This document shows, in pieces, positions 52,836 through 62,945 of a DNA stretch of 64,000 nucleotides. Each line of letters starts with the position of its first letter. The first letter of the stretch is position 1. A program made the translations under genes and the position numbers. The notes under the pieces are model-generated. The model saw nothing but the letters and a program-made list of their open reading frames with translations. It was not told the origin of the DNA and searched no databases. This DNA comes from Pseudidiomarina sp. (lineage in GTDB: Bacteria; Pseudomonadota; Gammaproteobacteria; Enterobacterales; Alteromonadaceae), in the NCBI GenBank assembly GCA_048269045.1, contig JBLWUG010000011.1, positions 24,602-88,601 of the forward strand, read 5' to 3'.

Positions 52836-53736
52836 TCTGGTCATCTTCATCTTGATAGTTTAAAAACTCGGTAGGCGTGCTGTGGTCAAATGCAGTATCG
52901 CCTTCGATGTTTTCCTCACCGGTCGCCGCAATCGATTTAAAGTCAAACAATGAGCTATCCGCTAAATGCGAAGGGGTCACGTTTTGTAAGGCAGTAAACA
53001 TGCTTTCAATGCGCCCTGGGTGCTGACGATCCCACTGTTTTAACATGTCTTTGATGACTTTTCGCTGCAGATTTAACTGTGAACCACACAAGTTGCACGG
53101 AATGATGGGAAACTGCATCTGCTCAGAATATTTGGCGATATCTTTCTCGCGCGCATAAGCTAGCGGACGAATTACGACGTGTTCGCCATTGTCGCTTACT
53201 AACTTGGGTGGCATAGACTTCATTTTGCCGCCGTAAAACATATTCAGCAGCAAGGTTTCAAGCATATCATCACGATGATGACCTAACGCGATCTTGGTAG
53301 CACCAAGCTCTTTCGCAACCCGGTACAGAATACCGCGACGCAAACGTGAACATAGCGAACAGGTCGTTTTACCAACTTCTAGCTTTTCTTTGACGATGCT
53401 ATAGGTATCTTCTTCGATGATACGAAAATCAACGCCTTCTGCGGTAAGGTATTCAGGCAAAATATGCTCAGGGAAACCAGGCTGTTTTTGGTCTAGGTTC
53501 ACTGCAATGATTTCGAAATTGATAGGGGCAACACGCTTTAAATAGCGCAGCACGTCGAGCAGCGTATAGCTGTCTTTACCGCCGGACAAACACACCATGA
53601 TGCGGTCGCCATCTTCGATCATGTTGAAATCTTTAATGGCTTCACCTACATGGCGACGGATCCGCTTTTGTAGTTTATTAAAGTCGTATTTCTGCTTTTT
53701 TGTCTCGACTGCATTATCGACTGCGCTCATAGACAT
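52813..53736 (-). CDS. ttcA: tRNA 2-thiocytidine(32) synthetase
   Basis: 307 aa with PP-loop CLSGGKDS and CxxC pairs ([17 protein letters not shown]). Confidence 0.95.
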   Translation of the reverse strand: MSMSAVDNAVETKKQKYDFNKLQKRIRRHVGEAIKDFNMIEDGDRIMVCLSGGKDSYTLLDVLRYLKRVAPINFEIIAVNLDQKQPGFPEHILPEYLTAEGVDFRIIEEDTYSIVKEKLEVGKTTCSLCSRLRRGILYRVAKELGATKIALGHHRDDMLETLLLNMFYGGKMKSMPPKLVSDNGEHVVIRPLAYAREKDIAKYSEQMQFPIIPCNLCGSQLNLQRKVIKDMLKQWDRQHPGRIESMFTALQNVTPSHLADSSLFDFKSIAATGEENIEGDTAFDHSTPTEFLNYQDEDDQIMVRNLS

Positions 53737-53769
53737 CCCACTATCGTCTTAGAAAAAAATTTTGCGCGA

Positions 53770-54714
53770 TTATACCTTAACAGGCGATTCAAATCCCTCT
53801 GGTTTTACGGCCAATAGGTCACAATTTATACTTTCGATAACGTGTTCGGCTGTATTACCAAGTAAAGCAGCGGTAAAACCAGTACGACCAATGGTACCTA
53901 ATACCACCAACTCCACATCAAGTTCATCCGCTAGTTCGGGAATGACTTGCTCTGGTAGGCCTTCACGAACATGTTGATTTGTTTCAGGAATTTGGAAGCT
54001 CTGTGCGTGTTTTGCCAAGGCTTGGCGGTGATTGGTGGCAATAGTTTCACGATAACTATTGGTATCGAACTCAGGAATTTCAGCAGCGATGGTAATGGGG
54101 GCACCAGGAAACGCATTGACCAAATGGACTTCGCTACTCAAGCACTTCGCGAAACTAATCGCGGTTTCGGTTACGCGTTGATTCAACGATTTGTGGTGTT
54201 CATGTTCTCCGGTGGTATGAATACCGGCCAGTATGCGACCATGATCGGGCCATTCGTGCTCTTTCACCAGCAACACATGACAGGGCGCTTTACGCAGCAA
54301 GTGCCAATCTGTAGGGGTGAACAAGAGTGCCGCAAGGCCTTCACGTTCATGGGTGGCTTTTACAATAACGTCGTAATTACCGGTAATTGCGGTTTCGATA
54401 ATGGCTTCAAACGGACGGTTGTGCCAAACCACTTTGATATCGATTTCAATATCGCGAGTGTTGTAATCTTCGAGGAGATCCATAATCCACACACGACGAT
54501 CATTGGTTAAACTTTCCCGCATCACGTTGCGTTCATCGGCCGCTAGCATGGTCGTCATTTCATAAGAAAAGTCATAAATCGAAAGCATGAGCGTTAGTTT
54601 AGCTTTACTGATCCGAGCTAAGTGTAGGGCTCGATTAAGTGCCTTCTGTTGCTTTGCATCGGCATCGAGTACAGCAAGAATTGAGTTTACACAGCTCATA
54701 GTCACCTCAAACAA
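53770..54714 (-). CDS. uspE: universal stress protein E (tandem Usp domains)
   Basis: Collinear with E. coli UspE (..IYDFSYEMTT.L..DER.., VVWHNRPFEAII.., FTPTDWHLLRK.P.PV, LGT.GRTG..AA.LGNTAE.VI....CDLL..KP). An alternative start lies at 54699. Confidence 0.93.
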   Translation of the reverse strand: MFEVTMSCVNSILAVLDADAKQQKALNRALHLARISKAKLTLMLSIYDFSYEMTTMLAADERNVMRESLTNDRRVWIMDLLEDYNTRDIEIDIKVVWHNRPFEAIIETAITGNYDVIVKATHEREGLAALLFTPTDWHLLRKAPCHVLLVKEHEWPDHGRILAGIHTTGEHEHHKSLNQRVTETAISFAKCLSSEVHLVNAFPGAPITIAAEIPEFDTNSYRETIATNHRQALAKHAQSFQIPETNQHVREGLPEQVIPELADELDVELVVLGTIGRTGFTAALLGNTAEHVIESINCDLLAVKPEGFESPVKV

Positions 54715-54766
54715 ATAGTTTTATGGATTAGTTATGAGTGTAGCTTTTTAAGTGTAAACAACCAAA

Positions 54767-55426
54767 TTACAGAGTGATACCCATTTGGCGCAGCGCAATA
54801 ACGGCAGTCCAAGCTGCATAGAAGATAAGAATAATACCCATCAGCTGACGGAAGCCTTTGGATTGTAGGAAGCTTTGTACGGCATGACTAAACCAGCCAA
54901 ACGCGAGCATGGCGGGCAGGGTGCCCAAGCCAAATACAGCCATATAGAGCGCGCCGTTACCACCAGAGCCGCTTAACGCAGCCCAGCTCAAAGCACTATA
55001 AACTAAGCCGCAAGGCAGCCAGCCCCAAATGAGCCCAGCAGCATAAAGGCTAGGTACGCCAGTGGTTTTACGAAAACGTACGGCATGCGGTTGCAGCTTG
55101 CGCCATAAAGGGCGTCCTAATTGCTCTAGCTTGTTCAAGCCGAGCCACCAGCCGCCCATATATAAACCTAGTGCAAGCAAAAAAAGGGCAGCTACTAAAC
55201 GCAAATATACGAGCCCGGATGGAGTAACTTGTACCGCTTGGCTAGCGGCATAGCCGAGAATAAATCCAGCGATGCTGTATGAAGTAATGCGACCAAAATT
55301 ATAGGCGAGGAGTTTGCTGAGGGTGGCTTGCCCGCCAATAGCACCAGCTAAGCCACCGCACATCATGAGGCAGTGTCCAGCTCCAGCTAAGCCCATGAAC
55401 AGTGCAGGGAGTAAATCAATCGTCAT
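54767..55426 (-). CDS. DsbD_2/TauE-like membrane protein associated with cco assembly genes
   Basis: About 6 TM segments with a GAGHCLMMCGG motif. Start chosen at MTIDLL.. (55426, 11-nt overlap with ccoS). The ORF-track start at 55450 is also possible. Confidence 0.8.
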   Translation of the reverse strand: MTIDLLPALFMGLAGAGHCLMMCGGLAGAIGGQATLSKLLAYNFGRITSYSIAGFILGYAASQAVQVTPSGLVYLRLVAALFLLALGLYMGGWWLGLNKLEQLGRPLWRKLQPHAVRFRKTTGVPSLYAAGLIWGWLPCGLVYSALSWAALSGSGGNGALYMAVFGLGTLPAMLAFGWFSHAVQSFLQSKGFRQLMGIILIFYAAWTAVIALRQMGITL

Positions 55427-55580
55427 CTTTACTCTGCTGACGGTCGTCATCGAGCAAAACGTTCATGCCTTCACGTTCTAAATCTTCAAACTGATCGCTA
55501 CGAACCGCCCACAGGAACACGCCTATAGCAATAACAACAAATAAAATGGCTATCGGAATTAGTATGTAGAGACTTTCCAT
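55416..55580 (-). CDS. ccoS: cbb3-type cytochrome oxidase assembly protein CcoS
   Basis: Not in the ORF track. Read directly as MESLYILIPIAILFVVIAIGVFLWAVRSDQFEDLEREGMNVLLDDDRQQSKDDD*. Its ATG overlaps the ccoI stop (TAATG). Confidence 0.92.
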   Translation of the reverse strand: MESLYILIPIAILFVVIAIGVFLWAVRSDQFEDLEREGMNVLLDDDRQQSKDDD

Positions 55581-57997
55581 TAGCGATACAACCTCAAAGA
55601 GTTAGCTAATACGATCAACGAGCTCGTCGACATGCCAATTGCGGCAATATACGGTGTCACAAATCCGGCCATGGCGACGGGAAGAATACCTATATTATAC
55701 AACAATGCCCAAAAGATATTTTGACGTAATATGCGACGGCTTTTTATGGCAATGTCACGAAATCTTGTCATGGTATTAAATTGACTGCGCATCAGTACTA
55801 CATCAGCTGCGGTGCGCGCTAGGTCGGCGGCATGCCCAAAGGTAATTGAAATATCAGCTTGAGCCAAAACGGGACCGTCATTAATACCATCACCAATCAT
55901 CATCACTGGATGCTCTGCTTGCGCTGCGACCAACAGGCTAAGTTTATCTTCGGGCAAACATTCAGCATGAAGTGTGGTAATACCGAGGCGTTCAGCGATG
56001 GGGCGAGCCAAGCTTTCACGATCGCCGGTTAACATGACCACATTTAACCCAACCGCTTGCAAAGCTGCAATACTCTCCGCCGCATCTTCGCGCAGCTCAT
56101 CGCCCACGTGATATTCAGCAAGCACTTGATTTTCATTGGCTAAAAACACCTGTGCTTGGCTTAAATGTGGTTCAAAGTCTGGGTGCCAGCGGCGCACAAA
56201 TTTCAAACTACCAATGCGGATGGGTTTACCGTGCCAAAGCCCTTCAAGGCCATAGCCCGTATGGTTGGTGACATCCGTAATTTGTTCTTGTTGTGAGGTT
56301 AACTGTTGTAACGGCGCTGCCAGCGGATGCTCAGAGTGCATTTCTAAAGCTTGTGTAACGCCGTCTAACTGTTCGTTGGCATAGGGAGACTCGAAATAGT
56401 GCCGTTGTTGCAGCTTAAAGTCGCCATTGGTGAGAGTACCGGTCTTATCAACAAATACGGTATTTACTTCATGCAAGGTAGTCAGCACGTCGGCGTTACG
56501 CAGAATGATGCCGTCACGATTCAAATTATGGATAGCCCCAGTAATGGCCGTAGGTGCGGCTAGCGCCAACGCGCAAGGGCAGGTGGCCACTAATACCGCT
56601 AAAGTGACCCAGAAGGCTTCGCTGGGCTCAATAAAGGTCCATATAAGAAAGGTTAAGGATGCAATTATGAGTAATTGCACCACAAACTTACTCGCAATCT
56701 CTTCGGCTACTTCTGCTAGCTTCGGTTTGCGTGACAAGGCTAAGTCTTGCAGGGCGACAATGCCGGCTAACACGGTATCTTGCTGGGTTGCGGTAACTTG
56801 TACGCGCATTACTTGTTGCTGGTTAATGCTACCGGCTAATACCTTGTCTTGAGCACGTTTTAGTAGCGGCTTACTTTCACCGGTTAATACACTTTCATTC
56901 ACCTGCGCAGAATCGCTTAATAAAATACCATCGCTGGGCAAGGTACTCCCTGGCAGTACGCGGAGGATATCGCCTTCTTTCACATCGCTAACCGCGACAG
57001 ATTCGACCTCACCATTGGCGGTTTCGCGCTGGGCAATGGCTGGCAATAACTTCACTAGATTAGTGGCGGCGCTAATAGCTTTCTGCTTGGCGAGTAACTC
57101 AAAATAGCGTCCCGCCAACAAGAAGAAGGTAAACATGGCGACGGATTCAAAATAAACCTCGCCTTCGTTAATAAAAGTGGCGTAAGCACTGGCTGCATAC
57201 GCACTCAATAATGCCACGCTAACCGGCACATCCATATTAGGGCGTTGTGCTTGTATGCTTCGTAAGGCGCTTATGTAAAAGGGCTGAGCGCTATAGAGTA
57301 ATACTGGGGTCGACACTAAAAAGCTGATCCACCACATAAACTGGCGTAATTCATCATCAAGATCAGAGTACACGCCAAAATAAAGACCTATAGCCACCAT
57401 CATGACTTGCATGGTCGCAATGCCCGCGACACCTAAACGAGTTACGTAATAGCGGCGTTTGCGTTTAAAGTCTTGCTCTTGAGTGGCGGCTTGGAAGGGC
57501 AGCGCTCGATAGCCTAATTTAGCAATGGCTTGCAGTATTTTGCTTAATTTAACTTGGTCGGGTAGCCAACGCACCGAAACACGTTCAGTGGTGGCGTTTA
57601 CATTGACCTCAATAATCCCTGGCAAGCGCTGTACATGCTGTTCAATCAACCAGGCGCAGGCAGAGCATGTCATGCCTTCGACCGATAGTGTCATGGAGCG
57701 GCTTTGATCGGCTTCGATGCGTATAAATTGCTGTTGCAATCGCTCATCATCGTACGCTTTGAGCTCTTTTAGCTCTTCAGGTACTAGTGGCACTTGCAAT
57801 GGATTACTGGTATCACGGAATTGATAAAAATGTAACAGGTTTTGCTGTTGAATGGTTTCTGCTACGGCTTGGCAGCCGTAACAGCAAACCGAGTATTCTT
57901 GCTGCTGCAGTGTAACGGAATAGCCTCCATCGTCAGGTAGAGGCTGAAGACAGTGAAAACATTGCCCTTGCGGCACCGAAGGCAGCACATTACTCAT
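55580..57997 (-). CDS. ccoI: copper-translocating P1B-type ATPase CcoI/FixI
   Basis: 805 aa with an N-terminal Cys-rich and HMA domain (GMTCSAC), CPC in the TM region, and DKTGTLT and GDGINDGP motifs. Confidence 0.95.
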   Translation of the reverse strand: MSNVLPSVPQGQCFHCLQPLPDDGGYSVTLQQQEYSVCCYGCQAVAETIQQQNLLHFYQFRDTSNPLQVPLVPEELKELKAYDDERLQQQFIRIEADQSRSMTLSVEGMTCSACAWLIEQHVQRLPGIIEVNVNATTERVSVRWLPDQVKLSKILQAIAKLGYRALPFQAATQEQDFKRKRRYYVTRLGVAGIATMQVMMVAIGLYFGVYSDLDDELRQFMWWISFLVSTPVLLYSAQPFYISALRSIQAQRPNMDVPVSVALLSAYAASAYATFINEGEVYFESVAMFTFFLLAGRYFELLAKQKAISAATNLVKLLPAIAQRETANGEVESVAVSDVKEGDILRVLPGSTLPSDGILLSDSAQVNESVLTGESKPLLKRAQDKVLAGSINQQQVMRVQVTATQQDTVLAGIVALQDLALSRKPKLAEVAEEIASKFVVQLLIIASLTFLIWTFIEPSEAFWVTLAVLVATCPCALALAAPTAITGAIHNLNRDGIILRNADVLTTLHEVNTVFVDKTGTLTNGDFKLQQRHYFESPYANEQLDGVTQALEMHSEHPLAAPLQQLTSQQEQITDVTNHTGYGLEGLWHGKPIRIGSLKFVRRWHPDFEPHLSQAQVFLANENQVLAEYHVGDELREDAAESIAALQAVGLNVVMLTGDRESLARPIAERLGITTLHAECLPEDKLSLLVAAQAEHPVMMIGDGINDGPVLAQADISITFGHAADLARTAADVVLMRSQFNTMTRFRDIAIKSRRILRQNIFWALLYNIGILPVAMAGFVTPYIAAIGMSTSSLIVLANSLRLYR

Positions 57998-58000
57998 TTT

Positions 58001-58498
58001 TTAAACGCCATAAGTAAGAGGTTTAAGAACGATAATACGATAAGCAGGTAGTTCAATCGATTGGGTTAAACGCCAGCTGTTGTCGAAAGGCGTAATGGTA
58101 ATTTGCCATTTTCCTTTACCAGCGCTCGGTAGTTCACCGCGAAAGTAGCCTGATGCGTCTGCAGTCATCACTAAACTAAAATCACGCGCCGATAGCGTAC
58201 TGTGATAAAAATTAACGTTCAGAGCAGTTAACTGCTGCGGAGCACCACTTGCATAGCGCAGCGTAAATTCGTTTTCATTTTGGACAAATTCGAATTCAAT
58301 GCCAAGCTTTTGAGCAACTTGAACTTTAGCGACTTCGGCATTAATACCGCGGCCTTTTTTGTAGTAGTCATCAACCACCATGGGGTTATCGCCATAGTTG
58401 CTGGCAATTGATAGCGTAATGATCATCGCCACAATTACCGAGAATGGAAATAACATTAAGAACCACGGCCAAAACTGCTTGTACCAAGGTTTTTCCAT
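58001..58498 (-). CDS. ccoH: FixH/CcoH family cbb3 oxidase assembly protein
   Basis: 165 aa with an N-terminal TM segment (PWYKQFWPWFLM..). Located between ccoP and ccoI. Confidence 0.85.
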   Translation of the reverse strand: MEKPWYKQFWPWFLMLFPFSVIVAMIITLSIASNYGDNPMVVDDYYKKGRGINAEVAKVQVAQKLGIEFEFVQNENEFTLRYASGAPQQLTALNVNFYHSTLSARDFSLVMTADASGYFRGELPSAGKGKWQITITPFDNSWRLTQSIELPAYRIIVLKPLTYGV

Positions 58499-58523
58499 GC
58501 GCTTCTTTTTACCTCTTTAAGAA

Positions 58524-58552
58524 GAAAAAACCCCGCAGGAGCGGGGTTTTTC
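58524..58552 (-). terminator. rho-independent (bidirectional-shaped) terminator after ccoP
   Basis: aaaaaaCCCCGCaggaGCGGGGttttt, immediately downstream of the ccoP stop. Confidence 0.8.
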
Positions 58553-58554
58553 GA

Positions 58555-59505
58555 TTAGTCCTGCGAAAGCCCATACACATAGGCGCTTATCACGTGTACC
58601 TTATCCTCGCCTAGAATATCTTTCCAGGCAGGCATCACGCCGTTGCGGCCATTGCGTATTGTTTCTTCCACAGCTTGTTGTGAACCACCATACAACCAAA
58701 TGTTGTTAGTAAGGTTTGGCGCACCTAAAGCAGGGTTACCTTTACCTTCTGGGCCATGACAAGCTGAACAAACAGCGAAGTTAGCTTTACCAGCAGCGGC
58801 ATGCTCAGGGTCAACTTTACGACCACTTAAGCTAAGTACATAGGTAGCAAGCTCAGTGATTTGTTGTTCGTTGTACTGCGCACTCCAGCTCGGCATTACG
58901 CCATGACGACCTTCCATAATAGTGGTTTTAATCGCAGCAGGGGAGCCGCCATATAACCAGTCATTATCAGTTAGGTTAGGGAAGCCTTTGCCACCCATAG
59001 CGTTCGAACCATGACATTGCGCACAGTTCTGTAAGAACAGGCGTTGGCCAATAGTTACCGCTTCTTCGTCTTTCGCTAGCTCTTCAATCGAACGTGCAGA
59101 TAGTGCCGCAAAGATAGGACCAAAGGTTGCATCAGCATGATCAACTTCGCGATCATATTGGACAATCAGGCCAGCTTCGCGATTCGCTTCAGTTGCTTGA
59201 CGCGACTCTTCTAGCGATAACACTTCTTGGTTCGAGCTGGTCCAGCCAAGTAGGCCAGCAAAATTACCCAAGCCAGGGTATAGGGCTAAGTAAACGAAGC
59301 CCCAGACAATAGTGATCCAGAATAAGATCATCCACCAGCGTGGTAATGGGTTGTTAATTTCCACGATACCATCGTATTCGTGGTTCATCAGTTCACCTTC
59401 TTTCACGTCGGTATAGTTCGTCATATTCCAACGTAAAAGCCAGATGATGCCGACCAAGAAACCTAAGGTCAGCACAATAATCCATGCACTCCAGAAGCTA
59501 CTCAT
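58555..59505 (-). CDS. ccoP: cbb3-type cytochrome c oxidase subunit III (diheme c)
   Basis: 316 aa with two CxxCH motifs (CAQCHG, CSACHG) and an N-terminal TM segment. Confidence 0.96.
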   Translation of the reverse strand: MSSFWSAWIIVLTLGFLVGIIWLLRWNMTNYTDVKEGELMNHEYDGIVEINNPLPRWWMILFWITIVWGFVYLALYPGLGNFAGLLGWTSSNQEVLSLEESRQATEANREAGLIVQYDREVDHADATFGPIFAALSARSIEELAKDEEAVTIGQRLFLQNCAQCHGSNAMGGKGFPNLTDNDWLYGGSPAAIKTTIMEGRHGVMPSWSAQYNEQQITELATYVLSLSGRKVDPEHAAAGKANFAVCSACHGPEGKGNPALGAPNLTNNIWLYGGSQQAVEETIRNGRNGVMPAWKDILGEDKVHVISAYVYGLSQD

Positions 59506-59689
59506 TATTGTTCGACTCCTGTTTGGTATTATTTTTCGCTATGTTGTTTTGCTCATCTTCATCGAAGATTGAGTTGGCGGCTTCATCAAAGTTCTTTTTA
59601 GAACTTTTGCTATATGCCCACCACACCACAGCGATAAATACTACGAAAACTAAAACGGTATAAAAACTACGCCAGGTTATATAGTCCAT
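59498..59689 (-). CDS. ccoQ: cbb3-type cytochrome c oxidase subunit IV
   Basis: 63 aa single-TM protein between ccoO and ccoP. It overlaps the ccoP start by 8 nt. Confidence 0.88.
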   Translation of the reverse strand: MDYITWRSFYTVLVFVVFIAVVWWAYSKSSKKNFDEAANSIFDEDEQNNIAKNNTKQESNNNE

Positions 59690-59690
59690 A

Positions 59691-60311
59691 TTACTCGGCC
59701 TGTGTTAATGCGGTTCCAAGTACTTGCAAGTATGCAATCAGGGCATCAATTTCTTTTTTCCCTTCAACTGCAGCTTTAGCGCCGGCAATATCTTCATCGG
59801 TGTATGGAACACCAAATGAACGGAAAACTTCCATCTTTTTAGCCGTGTATTTGCCATCTAAAGTATTCTTTGCAAGCCAAGAGTAAGCCGGCATGTTCGA
59901 CTCTGGAACCACATCACGTGGGTTCATTAAGTGAACATAGTGCCACTCATCGCTATAGCGACCACCAACACGCGCTAAGTCAGGACCAGTACGCTTGGAG
60001 CCCCATAAGAACGGGTGCTCCCATACGTGTTCGCCGGCTAGCGAGTAATGACCATAACGTTCAGTTTCTGCACGAAACGGGCGAATCATTTGGCTGTGAC
60101 AGTTGCTGCAACCTTCGCGAATGTAGATATCTCTACCTTCAAGCTGCAGCGCTGTATACGGCTTCAAGCCAACAATAGGTTCGTTGGTTTGCTTTTGAAA
60201 CAGCAGTGGCGTGATTTCGACTAATCCACCAATTGAAATTGCAATGATGGAGAAGATCGCAAGCCAACCAACGTGTTTTTCGACAAATTCGTGTTTAATC
60301 TTTTTGCTCAT
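59691..60311 (-). CDS. ccoO: cbb3-type cytochrome c oxidase subunit II (monoheme c)
   Basis: 206 aa with CSNCHSQ heme motif and an N-terminal anchor. Confidence 0.96.
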   Translation of the reverse strand: MSKKIKHEFVEKHVGWLAIFSIIAISIGGLVEITPLLFQKQTNEPIVGLKPYTALQLEGRDIYIREGCSNCHSQMIRPFRAETERYGHYSLAGEHVWEHPFLWGSKRTGPDLARVGGRYSDEWHYVHLMNPRDVVPESNMPAYSWLAKNTLDGKYTAKKMEVFRSFGVPYTDEDIAGAKAAVEGKKEIDALIAYLQVLGTALTQAE

Positions 60312-60322
60312 TGGTTCACTCC

Positions 60323-61777
60323 TTATGCCGATTGAGTTGCTGTCTCGGTAGAGCCTAGGTTGATTTTCTCAACCGTAGGCTTACCTGCACGAATGGTACG
60401 GAAGCAGTTAACTGCCATCAGAATCATACCTGCAACGATAAACAAACCACCCACAAAGCGGATGAACCAGAACGGATACGACGCTTCTACACTCTCTACA
60501 AAGCTGTAGGTGAGGGTACCGTCAGCGGCGTTCACTGCACGCCACATTAGGCCTTGCATAACACCTGAAATCCACAGTGCAACAATGTACAACACTGTAC
60601 CTATGGTGTGTAACCAGAAGTGAAGGTTGATCCAGCGTACGCTGTACATTTGCGTTTGGCTCCACAAGCGTGGAATCAAATAGTACATAGAACCGATGGT
60701 AATCATTGCTACCCAGCCTAATGCACCAGAGTGTACGTGACCAACAGTCCAGTCAGTGTAATGCGACAATGCGTTTACAGATTTGATTGCCATCATCGGA
60801 CCTTCGAAGGTCGACATACCGTAGAACGATAGAGAAACAATCAAGAAACGTAAAATTGGGTCGGTTTTCAGCTTATGCCATGCACCTGATAGGGTCATGA
60901 TACCGTTGATCATACCACCCCAAGAAGGCACAAACAGAATCACTGACATCACCATACCTAGCGACTGAGTCCAGTCTGGTAGTGCGGTGTAGTGTAAGTG
61001 GTGCGGACCTGCCCAAATATATAAAGAGATTAGGGCCCAGAAGTGAACCACCGACAAGCGATATGAATAAACCGGACGCTCGGCTTGCTTAGGAACGAAG
61101 TAGTACATCATACCCAAGAAACCAGCGGTAAGCAGGAAGCCTACTGCGTTATGACCGTACCACCATTGAATCATGGCATCGACGGCACCTGAGTATAAGC
61201 TGTACGACTTGGTCAAAGAAACCGGCACTGCCATGCTGTTTACAATATGCAAAACAGCGATAGTGACAATAAAGCCACCGTAGAACCAGTTGGCTACATA
61301 AATGTGCGACGTGCGACGCTTAACTAGCGTACCGAAGAACACAATAATGTAGGCGACCCAAGAGAGGGTAATCAAAATGTCGATTGGCCACTCTAACTCG
61401 GCATATTCTTTCGTAGATGTTAGTCCCATTGGCAACGTAATTACCGCTAACACGATAACCGCCTGCCAAGACCAAAATACAAAAGAGGCTAATTTGTTTG
61501 AAAACAACGTTGTTTTACAAGTTTTCTGAACGATGTAAAACGATGTTCCTATCAGTGCTGAAGTACCAAATGCAAAAATAACCGCATTGGTATGCAACGG
61601 CCGCAGACGGGAGTACGTCAGCCAAGGGGTATCGAAGTTCAATTCTGGCCAAATCAGCTGAGCAGCAATTAATACGCCCAGTGACATGCCAATGATTCCC
61701 CAAATGACTGTCATTACGGCAAACTGCCGAACAACCTTCAGGTTATATTCTAATTCTTGTGGATTCGTATGGCTCAT
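60323..61777 (-). CDS. ccoN: cbb3-type cytochrome c oxidase subunit I
   Basis: 484 aa with 12+ TM segments and the conserved His ligand context (..GPHHLHYT.., ..HVHSGALGW..). Confidence 0.97.
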   Translation of the reverse strand: MSHTNPQELEYNLKVVRQFAVMTVIWGIIGMSLGVLIAAQLIWPELNFDTPWLTYSRLRPLHTNAVIFAFGTSALIGTSFYIVQKTCKTTLFSNKLASFVFWSWQAVIVLAVITLPMGLTSTKEYAELEWPIDILITLSWVAYIIVFFGTLVKRRTSHIYVANWFYGGFIVTIAVLHIVNSMAVPVSLTKSYSLYSGAVDAMIQWWYGHNAVGFLLTAGFLGMMYYFVPKQAERPVYSYRLSVVHFWALISLYIWAGPHHLHYTALPDWTQSLGMVMSVILFVPSWGGMINGIMTLSGAWHKLKTDPILRFLIVSLSFYGMSTFEGPMMAIKSVNALSHYTDWTVGHVHSGALGWVAMITIGSMYYLIPRLWSQTQMYSVRWINLHFWLHTIGTVLYIVALWISGVMQGLMWRAVNAADGTLTYSFVESVEASYPFWFIRFVGGLFIVAGMILMAVNCFRTIRAGKPTVEKINLGSTETATQSA

Positions 61778-61987
61778 TTTTGTTTTCCGCGTTTATGCTC
61801 TGAAAATACAATGTGACAGAGTAACGTGATAATCGTTGGTTGCTGTCATTCACCGTGTCGGTATTTTGACAAACACACGCATTTTACGAGTTTTAGATTA
61901 AAAAAAACAGGCTAAACCCAAGAAAAAATAAAGGATGCAGGCCTATTGTCTATTTATTAAACTAAGCTCAGCTTGTTAACTAACTAG

Positions 61988-62407
61988 GTGAATTATACCC
62001 ATATGAACTTTAAGGTCTTTATTCTCGTGGCGTACAGCGTCATCGTACTTGGAGCTTGTACTCCCGATAACAACTTTGTCGCGCCTGCTAAAGATTCAGT
62101 AATTTCTTTTGAAATATCCCCGTTGCGGCCAAAAGCCGAACAACCTTTCATTATAAATCTAACTATAGTCGATGATTTGCAGCCAGGAATAGGGCGCATG
62201 GAAGGTCTTAATATGAACATGGGCTATTTGCCGGTGGTGTGGACTCAAGTGTCCGATCAGCACTGGCAAGCCAATATGATGGTCGGCATTTGCGCCGAGC
62301 CGGTGATGAATTGGCGTGTCACTGTTCCTTTATATGAAACTTCAGGCGCAGGTGAGCCTACTCAAGTTTCTACTTATCAATTTGAGTTCTTCACTGACAC
62401 GTTTTGA
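61988..62407 (+). CDS. small Met-rich lipoprotein, YtkA/FixH-like Ig-fold suspected
   Basis: 139 aa from a GTG start. An ATG at 62003 gives MNFKVFILVAYSVIVLGAC with a lipobox. The mature part contains LNMNMG, ANMMVG and PVMNW motifs. Confidence 0.6.
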   Translation: MNYTHMNFKVFILVAYSVIVLGACTPDNNFVAPAKDSVISFEISPLRPKAEQPFIINLTIVDDLQPGIGRMEGLNMNMGYLPVVWTQVSDQHWQANMMVGICAEPVMNWRVTVPLYETSGAGEPTQVSTYQFEFFTDTF

Positions 62408-62483
62408 AACCTAATTAGCTACAGTAAAACAATCGATTAGTTGCTATAGTTAACAAGAAACAATTATCTAACAAGGGGAAGGC

Positions 62484-62939
62484 ATGTCTGTAGCTCTTAT
62501 TTGGATCATTATAGGCGTGTTGCTCATACTTTCTGAGCTCATGCTAACGAGCGTAGTCGCTGTATTCTTAGGGGTTGGCGCTATAGTAACGGGGTTGTTA
62601 TTACACTGGGGCATAATTGACGATACCGCAATTCAGTTTGCAGTTTTTGGAATCACCAGTTTAGCTTTATTGCTTTTCGCTAGAGGAAAGATTAAATCCT
62701 GGTTTACCGGCTACACCGCGGATAACGACGAAACCAAACCTAACTTTCAGCGCGATATTGGCGCACGAGTCACTGTTGTTAAAGCCTTTAAAAGTGGTGC
62801 AGGTCGGGTAAGTTTAAACGGCGTGCATTGGGATGCTTTTTCTGATGATGATCTCGCAGAAGGTGACACTGCTTGGGTAGTAGCTAATGAAGGAATTAAG
62901 TTAACCGTTCAAAAACAGCCAGTTATAACTAAAGAGTAA
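62484..62939 (+). CDS. NfeD family membrane protein
   Basis: 151 aa with an N-terminal TM hairpin plus a C-terminal OB-like soluble domain. It lies immediately upstream of an SPFH gene, the classic nfeD-qmcA pair. Confidence 0.88.
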   Translation: MSVALIWIIIGVLLILSELMLTSVVAVFLGVGAIVTGLLLHWGIIDDTAIQFAVFGITSLALLLFARGKIKSWFTGYTADNDETKPNFQRDIGARVTVVKAFKSGAGRVSLNGVHWDAFSDDDLAEGDTAWVVANEGIKLTVQKQPVITKE

Positions 62940-62945
62940 AATAAT

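Noticed and set aside
61778-61987. Search for a canonical FNR/ANR box or CRP site upstream of ccoN
   Set aside because: No TTGAT-N4-ATCAA or TGTGA-N6-TCACA match better than about 7/10 was found by eye. The weak TTGGTtgctGTCAT and a TGACAG..CTGTCA pair with a 23-nt spacer are not convincing enough to annotate.
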